From the NCBI RefSeq assembly GCF_964194155.1, contig NC_135892.1, positions 11,284,001 to 11,348,000 of the forward strand: a DNA stretch of 64,000 bases, in the 5' to 3' direction. The notes under the pieces are model-generated. The model saw only the letters and a program-made list of their open reading frames with translations, made no database searches and was not told the origin of the DNA. Shown piece by piece: positions 51,306-63,348 of this stretch. Both the position numbers and the translations under genes were made by a program. Position 1 is the stretch's first letter. Each line of letters opens with the position of its first letter. The stretch is from Cetorhinus maximus. Its lineage: Eukaryota.

Positions 51306-52904
51306 TGAAGCAGAAAAAGGAGGCATATGACAAATATCAGGTTGATAATACAAGTGAGAACCAGGCAGAGTGTGGAAAGCCCAGAGGGGAGATTGAAAAG
51401 GGACCAAAATGGTCTGCTCCTTTTCAAATTCCTGATGTCTGCAAAGGTGAGGGAGTTAGTGAAACAGTTACTTACCAAACCACTAGATGGCAGCAAAGGA
51501 TAGTTAATGATCTCCCTCAGGCTCTGGGGAGCGATCCCCAGGCAGTTGGTAACAGAATCATAAAAAGCTATTTTTGTGCCGTGTTTATTGTTTTGCTACG
51601 AATAGGGAACAAAAAAAATCATCTCCCTTTTGCAGCCGAAACGAACACTCATCATCGCCTTTATGGACTATAATCTACAACAACAGCAGCTTGCATTTAT
51701 ATAGCGCCTTTAAAATAGCAGAAGGTCCCAAGGTGCCTCACGGGAAAGTTGTCAGACTAAATTTGACACCGAGCCACAGGAGGAGATATTAAGGCAGCTC
51801 GATCAAAGTGGTGCATTTTTAAGAAGCATCTTAAAGAGGAAAGCGAAATAGAGAAGTGGAGAGGTTAGGGCCCAGGCTGCCAACAGCAGGGGGGGGATTA
51901 GAATTGGGGGATGCACAAGAGGCTAGACTTGGAGAAGCGTGGAGATCTCGGCGGCCTGAGGGGCTGGAGGAGATTACAGGGGTAGGGAGGCGAAAGCGAA
52001 AGGAGTCTGTGTGAAAATGCAACTCTGATCATAGCAACACCAGCTATTGACTCCTTACATTGGGAGTATTCGCACATCCTGCCAAGTGGTTAAAGATTGA
52101 GTTTAATGCAGGTTATTTTATTTTATTTTTTTGGCAAAGCGATTGCATAGTTTGGTAGTTTCGAGCAGCTTGTCACAAAATGATAGGAGCACTGACCTCC
52201 AGGAACCTAGCAGTTTACCTTCCCATGGTTGCTGCAAAGTAGAACAAACCGGCTTTGTCGACAGGTGCTGGGACCTAAAGACCCCAGTGAAACGCTTCCC
52301 CACGAGATAGGCATCTGCCCCCAGAGCCAGACGGATCACCCAGTCCTTCCCCACCCCCCCCGTCCCCCCAGCTTCACCGGAACCCCAGAGCTCGACAATC
52401 AGCTACTGCTATCTGAAAATACAGCGGAGTCCAAACACACACATTTATTTTTATATCTAAAAACAACATCCAGCGCGTTGCTTCACATGTGTTCAAGTTC
52501 TTGTGACATTAATTAGTAACAGCAAAAAAATAAAGGCGGAGTCTCGCAAAATCAACTCAAGCTGTGGAAGCAAAATTGATCTTAAAAAGAAATCAGCTGA
52601 GGGATTAAATTACTGGGAAAAAAATTGGTTTTAAGATATTTTATGAGGTTGGGAAAGGGGCCTTATCAGCGCTTATTTATTCTGTGTTTGATTTGTAGAG
52701 GATGAATGGGTCTGAGGGCCAGTCAAATAAGTCTTGTTACATCCTCTTTTGTTGCCCTTAAACCAATGTATTTGTGATCAAAAATGGTTAATCCTGAAAG
52801 AAAGTTTGTTAAGCAAATATGCTGAGTGGGTGTGCTGCAATCCAATCAAAGCCAGTTTAATCCCTCACTGACTGAGTCTCTCCCTCTTGCTTCACAGTGT
52901 ATAT

Positions 52905-54375
52905 ACACACTGACACAGACACACACACTGACACAGACACAGGCACTNNNNNNNNNNNNNNNNNNNNNNNNNNNNNNNNNNNNNNNNNNNNNNNNNNNNN
53001 NNNNNNNNNNNNNNNNNNNNNNNNNNNNNNNNNNNNNNNNNNNNNNNNNNNNNNNNNNNNNNNNNNNNNNNNNNNNNNNNNNNNNNNNNNNNNNNNNNNN
53101 NNNNNNNNNNNNNNNNNNNNNNNCACAGACCCAGACACACAGACACACACTCTGACANNNNNNNNNNNNNNNNNNNNNNNNNNNNNNNNNNNNNNNNNNN
53201 NNNNNNNNNNNNNNNNNNNNNNNNNNNNNNNNNNNNNNNNNNNNNNNNNNNNNNNNNNNNNNNNNNNNNNNNNNNNNNNNNNNNNNNNNNNNNNNNNNNN
53301 NNNNNNNNNNNNNNNNNNNNNNNNNNNNNNNNNNNNNNNNNNNNNNNNNNNNNNNNNNNNNNNNNNNNNNNNNNNNNNNNNNNNNNNNNNNNNNNNNNNN
53401 NNNNNNNNNNNNNNNNNNNNNNNNNNNNNNNNNNNNNNNNNNNNNNNNNNNNNNNNNNNNNNNNNNNNNNNNNNNNNNNNNNNNNNNNNNNNNNNNNNNN
53501 NNNNNNNNNNNNNNNNNNNNNNNNNNNNNNNNNNNNNNNNNNNNNNNNNNNNNNNNNNNNNNNNNNNNNCACACACACTGACACAGGCACAGACACACAG
53601 ACACAGACACACACACACACACTGACACACACACTGACACAGACACAGGCACAGACACAGATACTGACACAGACACCGACACACACACTGACACAGACAC
53701 ACACACAGACACAGACACACACACTGACACAGACACACACACTGACACACACACAGACACAGGCACACACACTGACAGACACACACACTGACACAGGCAC
53801 AGACACACAGACACACACACACACACACTGACACACACACTGACACAGACACAGATACNNNNNNNNNNNNNNNNNNNNNNNNNNNNNNNNNNNNNNNNNN
53901 NNNNNNNNNNNNNNNNNNNNNNNNNNNNNNNNNNNNNNNNNNNNNNNNNNNNNNNNNNNNNNNNNNNNNNNNNNNNNNNNNNNNNNNNNNNNNNNNNNNN
54001 NNNNNNNNNNNNNNNNNNNNANNNNNNNNNNNNNNNNNNNNNNNNNNNNNNNNNNNNNNNNNNNNNNNNNNNNNNNNNNNNNNNNNNNNNNNNNNNNNNN
54101 NNNNNNNNNNNNNNNNNNNNNNNNNNNNNNNNNNNNNNNNNNNNNNNNNNNNNNNNNNNNNNNNNNNNNNNNNNNNNNNNNNNNNNNNNNNNNNNNNNNN
54201 NNNNNNNNNNNNNNNNNNNNNNNNNNNNNNNNNNNNNNNNNNNNNNNNACACATTTACACAGACAGACGGACACACAAACACTCACACACACACATCATG
54301 CACACAAACTCGCACACACCATAAGCACACACACACACAGTCACAGACACATACACTCTTACACACACACATACA
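52905..54375. repeat. Compound CA/CAGA/CTGA simple-repeat array with N gaps
   Basis: ACACACTGACACAGAC-type units; Ns at 52948-53123, 53158-53569 and 53859-54248. Confidence 0.92.
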
Positions 54376-56119
54376 GATAATGGAGGAATTTGATAAACAT
54401 TGAGTGTAATTTATTAGCTGTTACTTTGTCCTAAAAAGGGTCACGAGGCTTTTTGATTTCTTCCTGAGCCTGAGCTTCTTACCCACAGATCAAACAGCTT
54501 CCGCTGCTTAGCCTGCTTTTCGGGAGGGTAAGAGGGAGGGAAAGATTGAGGAAATAGTTCTCCAAATAGAATCGATCCTGTTGCCCGTTTTTTTTGAAAA
54601 CATTGTACCCAGCAACCCAGCAATCAGGGAGAAGCGGAGAGGTTTAGGGAGGGAATTCCAGAGCTTAGGGCCCAGGCAGCTGAAAACGCGACCCCCAATG
54701 GTGGAGCGATTAAAATCGGGGATGCGCAGGAGGCCAGAATTGGAGGAGCGCAGGGATCTCAGAGCGCTGTGGGGCTGGTAGAGATTACAGAGGCAGGGAG
54801 GGGAGAGACCACGGAGAGATTTGGAAATGAGGTTAAGAATTTTAACATTGGGGCATTGTCTGTTTAGGAGCCAGTGTTAGGTCAGAGAGTGCGATGGGGG
54901 GGAGGGGGGGAGTTGGGTGGAGGGGGTAGGGGGTGGGACTCCGTGTGAGCTAGGATAGAGTTTATGATGAGTTCAAATTTATGGAGGGTGAGTCTGGTCA
55001 GGAGACGGCAACAACTCACATTGCAACTCAACACTGACAAGGCAATTTCACTTAAAGAGGTTTCATGGAGAGCTGACTGATGTGAGAGGCAGAATCAGTC
55101 ATTCTAATGGCGGGGTGGGGGGTGCGGGAGGGCAGAGGTCAGAGAATGTTACAGCACAGAAGGTGGCCATTCAGCCCATCATGCCTGTGCTGCCCCTTTG
55201 GTAGAGTCATCCAACTCGCCCCATTCCCCCACAGCCTGGTGTGGTTGACGGAGTTTATCCTCGTTTATATATCCTCCCACGTCACCGGACTCCAATGCGC
55301 TTTTCAGGACTGCGTCAAACGCAAAAAGGTGTTCAAATGCCTCGTCGCTGCCTTCCCGCAGGGAGAGGAAACCATTTGAGAGGAAGCTGGAAATCAAACG
55401 CGCACCGGATCGGGGGGAGCGAGATGTCTGAAGTAGGAGGTCAAGGGTGCAAATCGTCCAGAGCACGAGGAAACTGATATTTGGAACGTTTCCTGCTTTA
55501 TGGGCTGTCACGGAGAGGAACAATCTAGAAAACAGCTCGGCAAAAGTTTTGTAGAAACCTGTTGCTAGGCGGCTGCATTGACGCCTGTTCACGGTAGAGC
55601 TGGTTACTCATGTGCATGAGCATCCTCGCTTTTGTGCACTATTCCCGTGTTAACAAAGCTAAAGATTCCACATGCCTTTCGGACCATCTTCTCGGACACC
55701 CCTTCAAGGATTTGTGTGTGTGTGTGTGTGTGTGTTGCCGGATAAGGTGATGCACGGGGGGTGCATTTTATCAGTTTGCACCCCCCTGCCCTATGGAATG
55801 CAAATCAGGGTCTCGGGGAATTCCATGGTGACCAGAGGTCACACAAGGATTTCCTTCCATTAACGTTAATCCACGAACATTCCTCTGGGGAGAATTTGGA
55901 AAATCTACACTTTGTAAGTTAAAACATTGCAAGGATAGAGTTGAAGGTGGTGGAGGGGGGTGGGGGGGGTTTGCATTCCTGATTTTTAGCTCCTGGACTG
56001 CCATACCCATGCCTATTTTCCGCTGAATAAGAAAGATATCATCCCATTGAGGAGCGCGGGATAACCTTGTGGAGAATTTTATTTATAATCATTGGTTTCT
56101 GCTGGTTATTCAGGGTTTA

Positions 56120-56780
56120 AAGAATCACAGAGTGAGACAACACAGAAAGAGGCCATTTGGCCCATCCTGCCCATGCTAGCTCTTTTGAAAGACCTATCCA
56201 ATTAGTCCTACTCATCTGCTCTTTCCTATTAGCCCGGAAATCGTTTCCCCTTCAAATATTTATCCAATTCCCTTTTGCAAGTTATGAGTGAATCAGCTTC
56301 CATCGCTCTTCCAGACAGCACGTTCCAGGTTATGTAATAGATTGTCTCTTTTCCCTCATTTGCCTCTGACTCATCTGCCATCGACCTTCAACCTGTGCCC
56401 TCCAGTTACCCACTCGTCTTATTTACCCTGTCAAAAATCTTCATGATTTTCAACACCTCCATTAAACCTCCTCTTAACCTTCTCGGCTGTGAGGAGACCA
56501 GCCCCAGCTCTTGCAGTCTCTCTACGTAACTGAAGTCCCTCGGCCCCGGCATCATTCTGACAAACGTCCTCGTCGCCTTCTGCCCTGTCTTAATATTCTT
56601 CTTAAAGTGTAGACCCCGGAACTGAACACAATATTCAAGCCGGGGCCACATCAGTGTTTTATTAAAGGTTTAGCATGAGTTTCCTTGCTTTTGTGCACTA
56701 TTCCTGCATTAACAAAGCGAAAGATTCTACCTGCCTTTTGAACAATCTTCTCGGACACCTTCAAGGATTTGTGTGTGTGT
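56120..56780 (-). mobile_element. CR1 3' part
   Basis: WPRLEYCVQF...FSYVERLQELGL...RRLRGGL. Confidence 0.85.
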
Positions 56781-57189
56781 GCAACAGCACATGTCTCCTA
56801 GTCCTTGATCTGTTTTCTTTACCCTGCAACCCTTGGGTTGAGTGTGCCTATACGGACATACAATGGGGAAGGGGCAGTTTGAGAATGAGGCCTTTTGCAG
56901 GTGAAATAGCAGACTCCTCACCTGTGTACATTCTAGTTGGGCTGGTTTCAATTAAAATGATTTGGAATTTAACGTTCAGGCTCCTGGGGGAGGCCGGGGA
57001 GGGCGTGCGGGGGCTGAGGTTGCCAACCCTCCAGGGTTGCTCTGGAGTCTCCAGAAATTGTGACTGAATTTCCAGGACAAACTGCTGGGAGTGGCCAGGG
57101 GGGGGGTGGGGAGGGGTGTTGGGTGGGGGGGTGAAGAAGAAATCAAAGGGACATTAAAAAAAGTAGTGGAATGTTTTGGAACTATTTTT

Positions 57190-57515
57190 GTTTGGTAGTA
57201 CAGAACTTGAATATTGCTGAAAACAGAGACATTCTGTCAAAGCTTTTCATCTTGCACTCATCAGGATAGCTGGCAAGAAATTACCAACAGCAACAGGGGA
57301 ACAACAATTTATACTGCATAAGAAGAATTTGAATTTGAAGGTTTGAATTTGAAGAAAGCTGGGCAGTTAACTGTTCAATGTTGCATTCTCCATGGCAATG
57401 CCTCCACCAATCAATCTGCGCTCTCTCCTCATGCAGTATAAATTGTTGTTTCCCCCGTTACAATTGGTAATTTCTTGCGAGCTAACCCGATGAGTCCAAG
57501 ATGAAAAGCTTTAAC
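57190..57515. mobile_element. Family-1 palindromic element nested in a MITE
   Basis: Begins GTTTGGTAGTACAGAACTTG like the copy at 11829; inverted arms with TCATCAG and CCGATGA cores. Confidence 0.75.
57235..57268 (-). ncRNA. Minimal hammerhead motif
   Basis: Reverse strand reads tatc-CTGATGA-gtgcaagat-GAAA-agct-TT-gaca. Confidence 0.55.
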
Positions 57516-57996
57516 TGGAAATGAAGACTGTTGTGTTGAAAATTAAGGATCACCCATTTGCCTAACAAGGAATCTGTTTGATTTCTGATTGGTACAGGAA
57601 GGGGGCGCCGCAAGGATGATGGCGGGAATGTAAGGGGTGAGTGATTGGAGGCAGGTGGTCATGTGATGAGACCTCCAGGACCACGCCCAGCCAGAGTTGG
57701 CCACGCTATGGAGGATCAGCAGTGAGTGCTGAACTTGGCAGGCGGGAGATGTGAACCCGGCAAACGGGGGCCCTGGAGCCGAACCCTGCGGGTGGGTGAG
57801 GACAGGCCCCGAAGGTCAATGTCTGCAGGATATTAGGAACAGGAGGAGGCCATTCAGCCCTTCAAAGCTGTTCTGCCATTCGGTTAGGTCATTGCTGATT
57901 TGCGTCTCAATTCAATAAACAATAAAGCTTGGGTTCAATAAGCTTACGCATCACATCGGGAGGGATCGGCTGTTTTTCCTTAATCGGGATTATGTA

Positions 57997-58668
57997 GGGG
58001 AAGGGGGGAGGGGTCACTGGAGTTGGGGGGAGGGGTCACTGGAGTTGGGGGGGGGAGGGGTCGTTGGAGTGGGGGGGAGGGGTCGATGGAGTTGGGGAGG
58101 AGGGGTCGCTGGAGTTGGGGGAGGGGTCACTGGAGTGGGGGGGGGGAGGGGTCGTTGGAGTGGGGGGGAGGGGTCGATGGAGTTGGGGAGGAGGGGTCGC
58201 TGGAGTTGGGGGGAGGGGTCACTGGAGTGGGGGGGGAGAGGTCGCTGGAGTTGGGGGGAGGGGTCACTGGAGTGGGGGGGGGGAGGGGTCGTTGGAGTGG
58301 GGGGGGAGGGGTCTCTGGAGTTGGGGGGAGGGGTCGCTGGAGTTGGGGGGAGGGGTCGCTGGAGTTGGGGGGGAGGGGTCGCTGGAGTTGGGGGGGAGGG
58401 GTCGCTGGAGTTGGGGGGGAGGGGTCGCTGGAGTTGGGGGGGAGGGGTCGCTGGAGTTGGGGGGGAGGGGTCGCTGGAGTTGGGGGGGAGGGGTCGCTGG
58501 AGTTGGGGGGGAGGGGTCGCTGGAATTGGAGGGGAGGGGTCACTGGAGTGGGGGGGGAGGGGTCACTGGAGTTGGAGGGGAGGGGTCACTGGAGTTGGAG
58601 GGGAGGGGTCACTGGAGTTGGAGGGGAGGGGTCACTGGAGTGGGGGGGGAAGGGTCGCTGGAATGGGG
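57997..58668 (+). repeat. G-rich minisatellite with a ~21-23 bp unit
   Basis: Roughly 30 copies of G(n)AGGGGTC(A/G)CTGGAGT(T). Confidence 0.95.
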
Positions 58669-60264
58669 GAGACCCAAGGACTGCTGAAGGGATTTGACAG
58701 GGGGGGGGCGCTGATGGTGGGAATCACTCCTGCTTTTCCTGCACTTCAAAGATGGGCAAAGTTTTAAACTTATTCTGGGCCTCTTCTGACTAGACAGGCC
58801 CTCCTGTTGTGTTACTGTTGCTGGGCAACCAACAGATGGGACCTTCCCTTGCGTAGGCCGCAACAGTTTGTCACGATGCACCGATGGCATCATTTGACCC
58901 TGAGTTCTGAATCTTAAGCAGGCCTGAATTGGCACTGTAAATATTAAATGACTTATTCACCTTTCGATGAACATGAACTGATCTTTGGCATTGACAGAAA
59001 GACTATTATCCCTGAGAGGCCGCCCCAAATTATTGCACTCACAGAAAACACTTGTAACAGCGATGAGGATGGAGGGGGATGGGCACAATGCTAACTTTAC
59101 CCTGGCTGGTGCCTGCAATGGTCGATTGTTCATCTGTTAAAATTAAATTAATAAAGAATGCAACGTTAGCAAGACGGTGGTTTCTTGGTCATTCTCTACT
59201 GGGCAGAATGCTGAAAGATTGCTATTATAACGCAAGTGGAATGTGAATAGTGAAAAGACCCGTGACTGAGGAATCTGCATTTCTCTTAGTGTGGCATCAC
59301 CACCTCTGACCTAATCCCCACGTGATGCCCAGTTAGACACCCAGTTAAAAATGCGCCACAAAAGCTGAGTGTAAACCATCGCCACTCAATATAAATTTAG
59401 CAAATGTCACCCGTCGCTGACGCCATTTTCAAAAAAATCACACTGATGCAGAGAGGAAGCAGTGACTGCACTGCGTAGAGTCAATAGGCGCCAAACGCCC
59501 TGTCACGATACAACCCATGGCTGGTTCAGTCCAAAGGGTTAAATATTCCGGATTGTTTGGGTGAGATGATGAAGGTGGAAAGCAGGCTCATGTGGAGCAT
59601 CATTGCCCGTAAGGGCCTCATTTCTCTTTGACTCTGCATTATCGACAAACGCTGTTCTTGGTACATTTTCTCTTCAGTCGCCTCGCAACGAACCTGGCTG
59701 CCCCCCTCATGTCAACTACACGTTGGTTGGAGTCTGAAGTAAATTCCGTCCCCTTGGCAGTGCCGGGGGGTAAAACATCGTAGACGGTCAATGTTAGAAA
59801 TCTATGGGAGGTGAGGCAGCTCAGATGGGTGTAATGACTGAGAGAGCTCTTCAAGCTTCTCCCCCGTTGGCTGCATGCCATTTGCCAAAATTAATCCCGA
59901 GTTCTGCATTGCGACACTCTCTGTGACAAGGACACATTTTTCTCAGGTTGCAGGTGCGTTGTGAGAATATGTTCAATGACCTGAAAAGTAGGTCAGGGTG
60001 GGTAGAGGGGGTGGTGCGGGTAGGGGGTAGCTATTTGCTCAGCATTTTAGGTTAAATATTTGAAGTGGTGACAAAGGAGAAAAACAGAGACAATTTAAAG
60101 TTTAAATTGACGGAAATATCGAGGCCCCTGTTCGGGGCTGTGCGAGTCTTATTTTAAACACTTGAATGATTCAGCATATACACCAACAATGAAACGAAAC
60201 AACATTTGTCTTTTCTATTAAATTTAACAAGCTCTCCTTACTTGGCTATATAATGTGCTAGGTG

Positions 60265-60360
60265 CAGTGTAACACTGGCCTCACCAGTGTAACTCTGGCC
60301 TCACCAGTGTAACACTGGCCTCACCAGTGTAACACTGGCCTCACCAGTGTAACACTGGCC
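60265..60360. repeat. 20-bp tandem repeat, about 4.8 copies
   Basis: Unit CAGTGTAACACTGGCCTCAC. Confidence 0.92.
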
Positions 60361-60739
60361 CCTATCCCCACCAGGTGCTACACTTCCACCCAAGCCTCAG
60401 AGAAACGATTCTGCTATTGCTCCCTCTCTTTTCCACACCTTCTATCTATTCAGCTTCTTTCAGTGAAGATGCTAATGCTCGAGTGTCAAGGACTCAAATT
60501 GCAGCAGACTTTGTTGTTTTGAGTTCCTGTCCACTGGATCCCAATCACACAGTTTTATAGGAACTTCTCTAACTGTGCTTCTACTTGTTTCTGTCCCAGC
60601 TGGACTCTAACTCGAATGTTAGATGGGGATGAGGACAACATTTAAACTGCTGGGTCACTTATTTAACCATCAGAAATTATAACTTTCATCCATTTAGTTA
60701 TGAAATGGTCTGAAGTCCGAATCGTGCACAGAATGATGT

Positions 60740-60896
60740 CTCTGTGTGCGTGTGTGTGTGTATGTGTGTATGCGAGTGTCTGTGTTTGAGCGTGCATGGA
60801 TGTGCATGAATGGTGTGTGTGCATGTGAATGTGTGAGTGTGTGTATATGTGAGTATGTGAACGTGTATGTTTGAGTGTGTAAGTGTGTGTGTGTGT
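60740..60896. repeat. Degenerate (TG)n microsatellite
   Basis: Directly visible. Confidence 0.85.
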
Positions 60897-62065
60897 TTTA
60901 TAGGTTGTGTTTCAGCTTAGGTTTGTTTTCCAATATTTATTAGGAGTTCTATAAATGTATAAAGACATCAAACACAGAAAATAACACAACTATTTCTGTA
61001 AGGCAAAGCTAAAGTTACAAATAATACAGCTGTGAAGTCAGCAGCATAGATGTACTTTAATGTTCACCGCTTCACTTAAAAAAAAGATTACCTAGACATG
61101 TCAAATAGCAAAGAGTAAATAAGGGAGGAAAAAGTGATATTTAGGTTTACACTGAACACATTTAAAAACCAGCTTAGGAAGGTGAGCAGGAAAAATTGTG
61201 GAGTACAACTTAGTTTTATAACACTGGAAAACACGCCTCTGATATCTATAGGATGCTGGTTTCTGGTTTTGTGAAGCAATAATCTCAAAACTCGATTAAA
61301 TTTAAGGTAAGGAGCCATTTCACACCAGTAGCTAAATAGCAAAGGAGAAGAAAGCTGTTAAAAATAAGTCAGATAAACATTAAATATTTATTCTAGGTGC
61401 TGTCCATTAATCATTCATTCGAAAATAGATTGGTGTCCCTGGTGTCTTGGCCAATATTTATCCCTCAATAAACACCACTAAAAACGCAGATTGTCTGGTG
61501 GTTATCACATTTCTGTTTGTGGGAGCTTGCTGTGCACAAATTGGCTGCTGTGTTTTCTGCATCACAACAGTGACTACACTTCAAAATGTGCTTGGCTGTA
61601 AATGCTTTGGCATGTCCTGTGGCTGTGAAAGCTTCTATGCAAGTCGTTCTTTTTTCCTCTTCCACAGTCTGTCAGTGCAGACACATTCAAAATTTGCAAT
61701 ATTGAAGAAGTCAAGATCAACCAGTAAAGTAGAACAGCAAACAACAACAGCAACTTGCATTTATATAGCACCTTTAGCACAGTATGTTCATCTCAAGGCA
61801 CTTCACAAAGCGATTATCAAACAAAATGTGACACTGAGCCACATAAGGAGATATTAGGACAGGTGACCAAAATCTTGCTCAAAGAGATAGGTTTAAAGGA
61901 GATAGAAAGGTTTAGGGAGGAACTTCCTGAGCTTGGGACCCAGGCAGAGAAATAAATAAGTAGGAAGGCCGAAAGGAAGGGGAGCATTTTGCTACAGGCC
62001 CTGCTTCCTCCTACACAGAGACTCACAGAGACAGTAAGAGGGAGCGATAGCCTTCAACACACTAT

Positions 62066-62764
62066 GGGCAGAATATTGCCATCGGCGAGCAGGGGGTGGG
62101 GCCCGCTCGCCGACGCGTAAAATGACGCGCGGTGATGTCAGGTGGAACCCCCAACGTCACCCCGCCCCATTTAAATTTTCAGGAAGGCGGGGGCGCAGCA
62201 AAATCAGCTGTGGGCCCGCCGACCTGTCAATGGCCAATTGAGGCCATTGACAAGATCATTTAAACAATTAAAGGACCTGCCCGTCCAACCTTAAGGTTGG
62301 CAGGCAGGCCAGGAGCCCCGGCGGGGAATAGAAAAAACATGAAGCCTCATCCACTGGCGGGGTGAGGTTTCATGTAGGGATTTAAAAAGTTTAATAAACT
62401 TATAGTGAAAATTATGAACATGTCCCATCTCATGTTAGGGGACATGTTAGGGAATTTTATTTTCTATTTTTAATCTTTTTCAAAGTGGAAGCGATCTCCC
62501 TGAGGCTGCACTTAGCCGCAGGGAGGTGTGCGCTCTTTCGTGCGCATGCGTGAAAGAGCGCACTCTCGCTTTTGGGGAATCTCCCCCCCGCCCTGCCTGC
62601 ACAGGGAGTGCATAGCACTTCCCACCAGACATCACGCTGGGCGGGCTTTAATTGGCCCGCCCACGTAAAATAGCAGCGGGGCCCACTTCGCTGGCGGGGA
62701 TCGGCTCCCCGCCCGCCGGAGATTGGGTCGGGCACACCCGCCCGACAAGCAGAAAATTCTGCCC
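62066..62764. mobile_element. Same MITE family, copy 2 (opposite orientation)
   Basis: TIRs GGGCAGAATATT...AAAATTCTGCCC; flanks TAT/TGT; internal blocks are reverse complements of 315-994. Confidence 0.85.
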
Positions 62765-63348
62765 TGTGAGTTCTATCAGGGCGATTACAGGCTGTTTCTG
62801 TGAGTCACAACCCATTGTACATCACTCCCTGAGTTTTATTTCCAGTGAGTTTAATACGTCCCTGCCTGAGTGAAGTTCAGACTCTAGTACTCTTTCCTCC
62901 CCTTGCAGATTAGTTATCCCATTGTTTACCAGCTGACGTTGTTGCAAAAAAAGGGCCCCTGCTTATCTTCAGACTGACTTTGTAGAGCTCAGATTTCCTG
63001 TGTTATGCCAGTTCGACATTTTCTCTCCTTTACTTTTTCTGTCTTGGATGAGTCACGTATAATGGCAATTGAACATTACATTATAATGTTAATAAATTCC
63101 TGAATTTGCTAGAAGACATTGCAGATACATCATTCATTTCCCTAAATGTCAATCTTTGGCCATCATGTATGTATTAACTTGTAATCCCATTGGCTGCTTT
63201 CTTGCTGATCAAGTACTTCATAAACCAATCGAGCACTAAAATTGTGCCCTCATACCTACATCTTGATGATGAAAGGAAAAAATTCAGCTCCAAAGCCTCA
63301 AGGGCTGTGGTAAATGAGTCTTATAGACCTACATTTATACTACATTTG

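Larger units (their letters stand above)
57017..57706. mobile_element. Second, more diverged copy of the GGGTTGCCAAC MITE
   Basis: Shares AGGTTGCCAAC.CTCCAGG...TGGAGTCTC and GTCATGTG.TGA.ACCTCCAGGA...AGTTGGC blocks with 17468-17810. Confidence 0.65.

Noticed and set aside
48662-54292. Long ORFs containing X runs
   Set aside because: Artefacts of N gaps and CA microsatellites.
58023-58767. Gly-rich and Pro-rich ORFs in several frames
   Set aside because: Translations of the minisatellite.
60265-60360. CRISPR-like palindromic repeats
   Set aside because: Units abut with no unique spacers; eukaryotic context; no cas genes.
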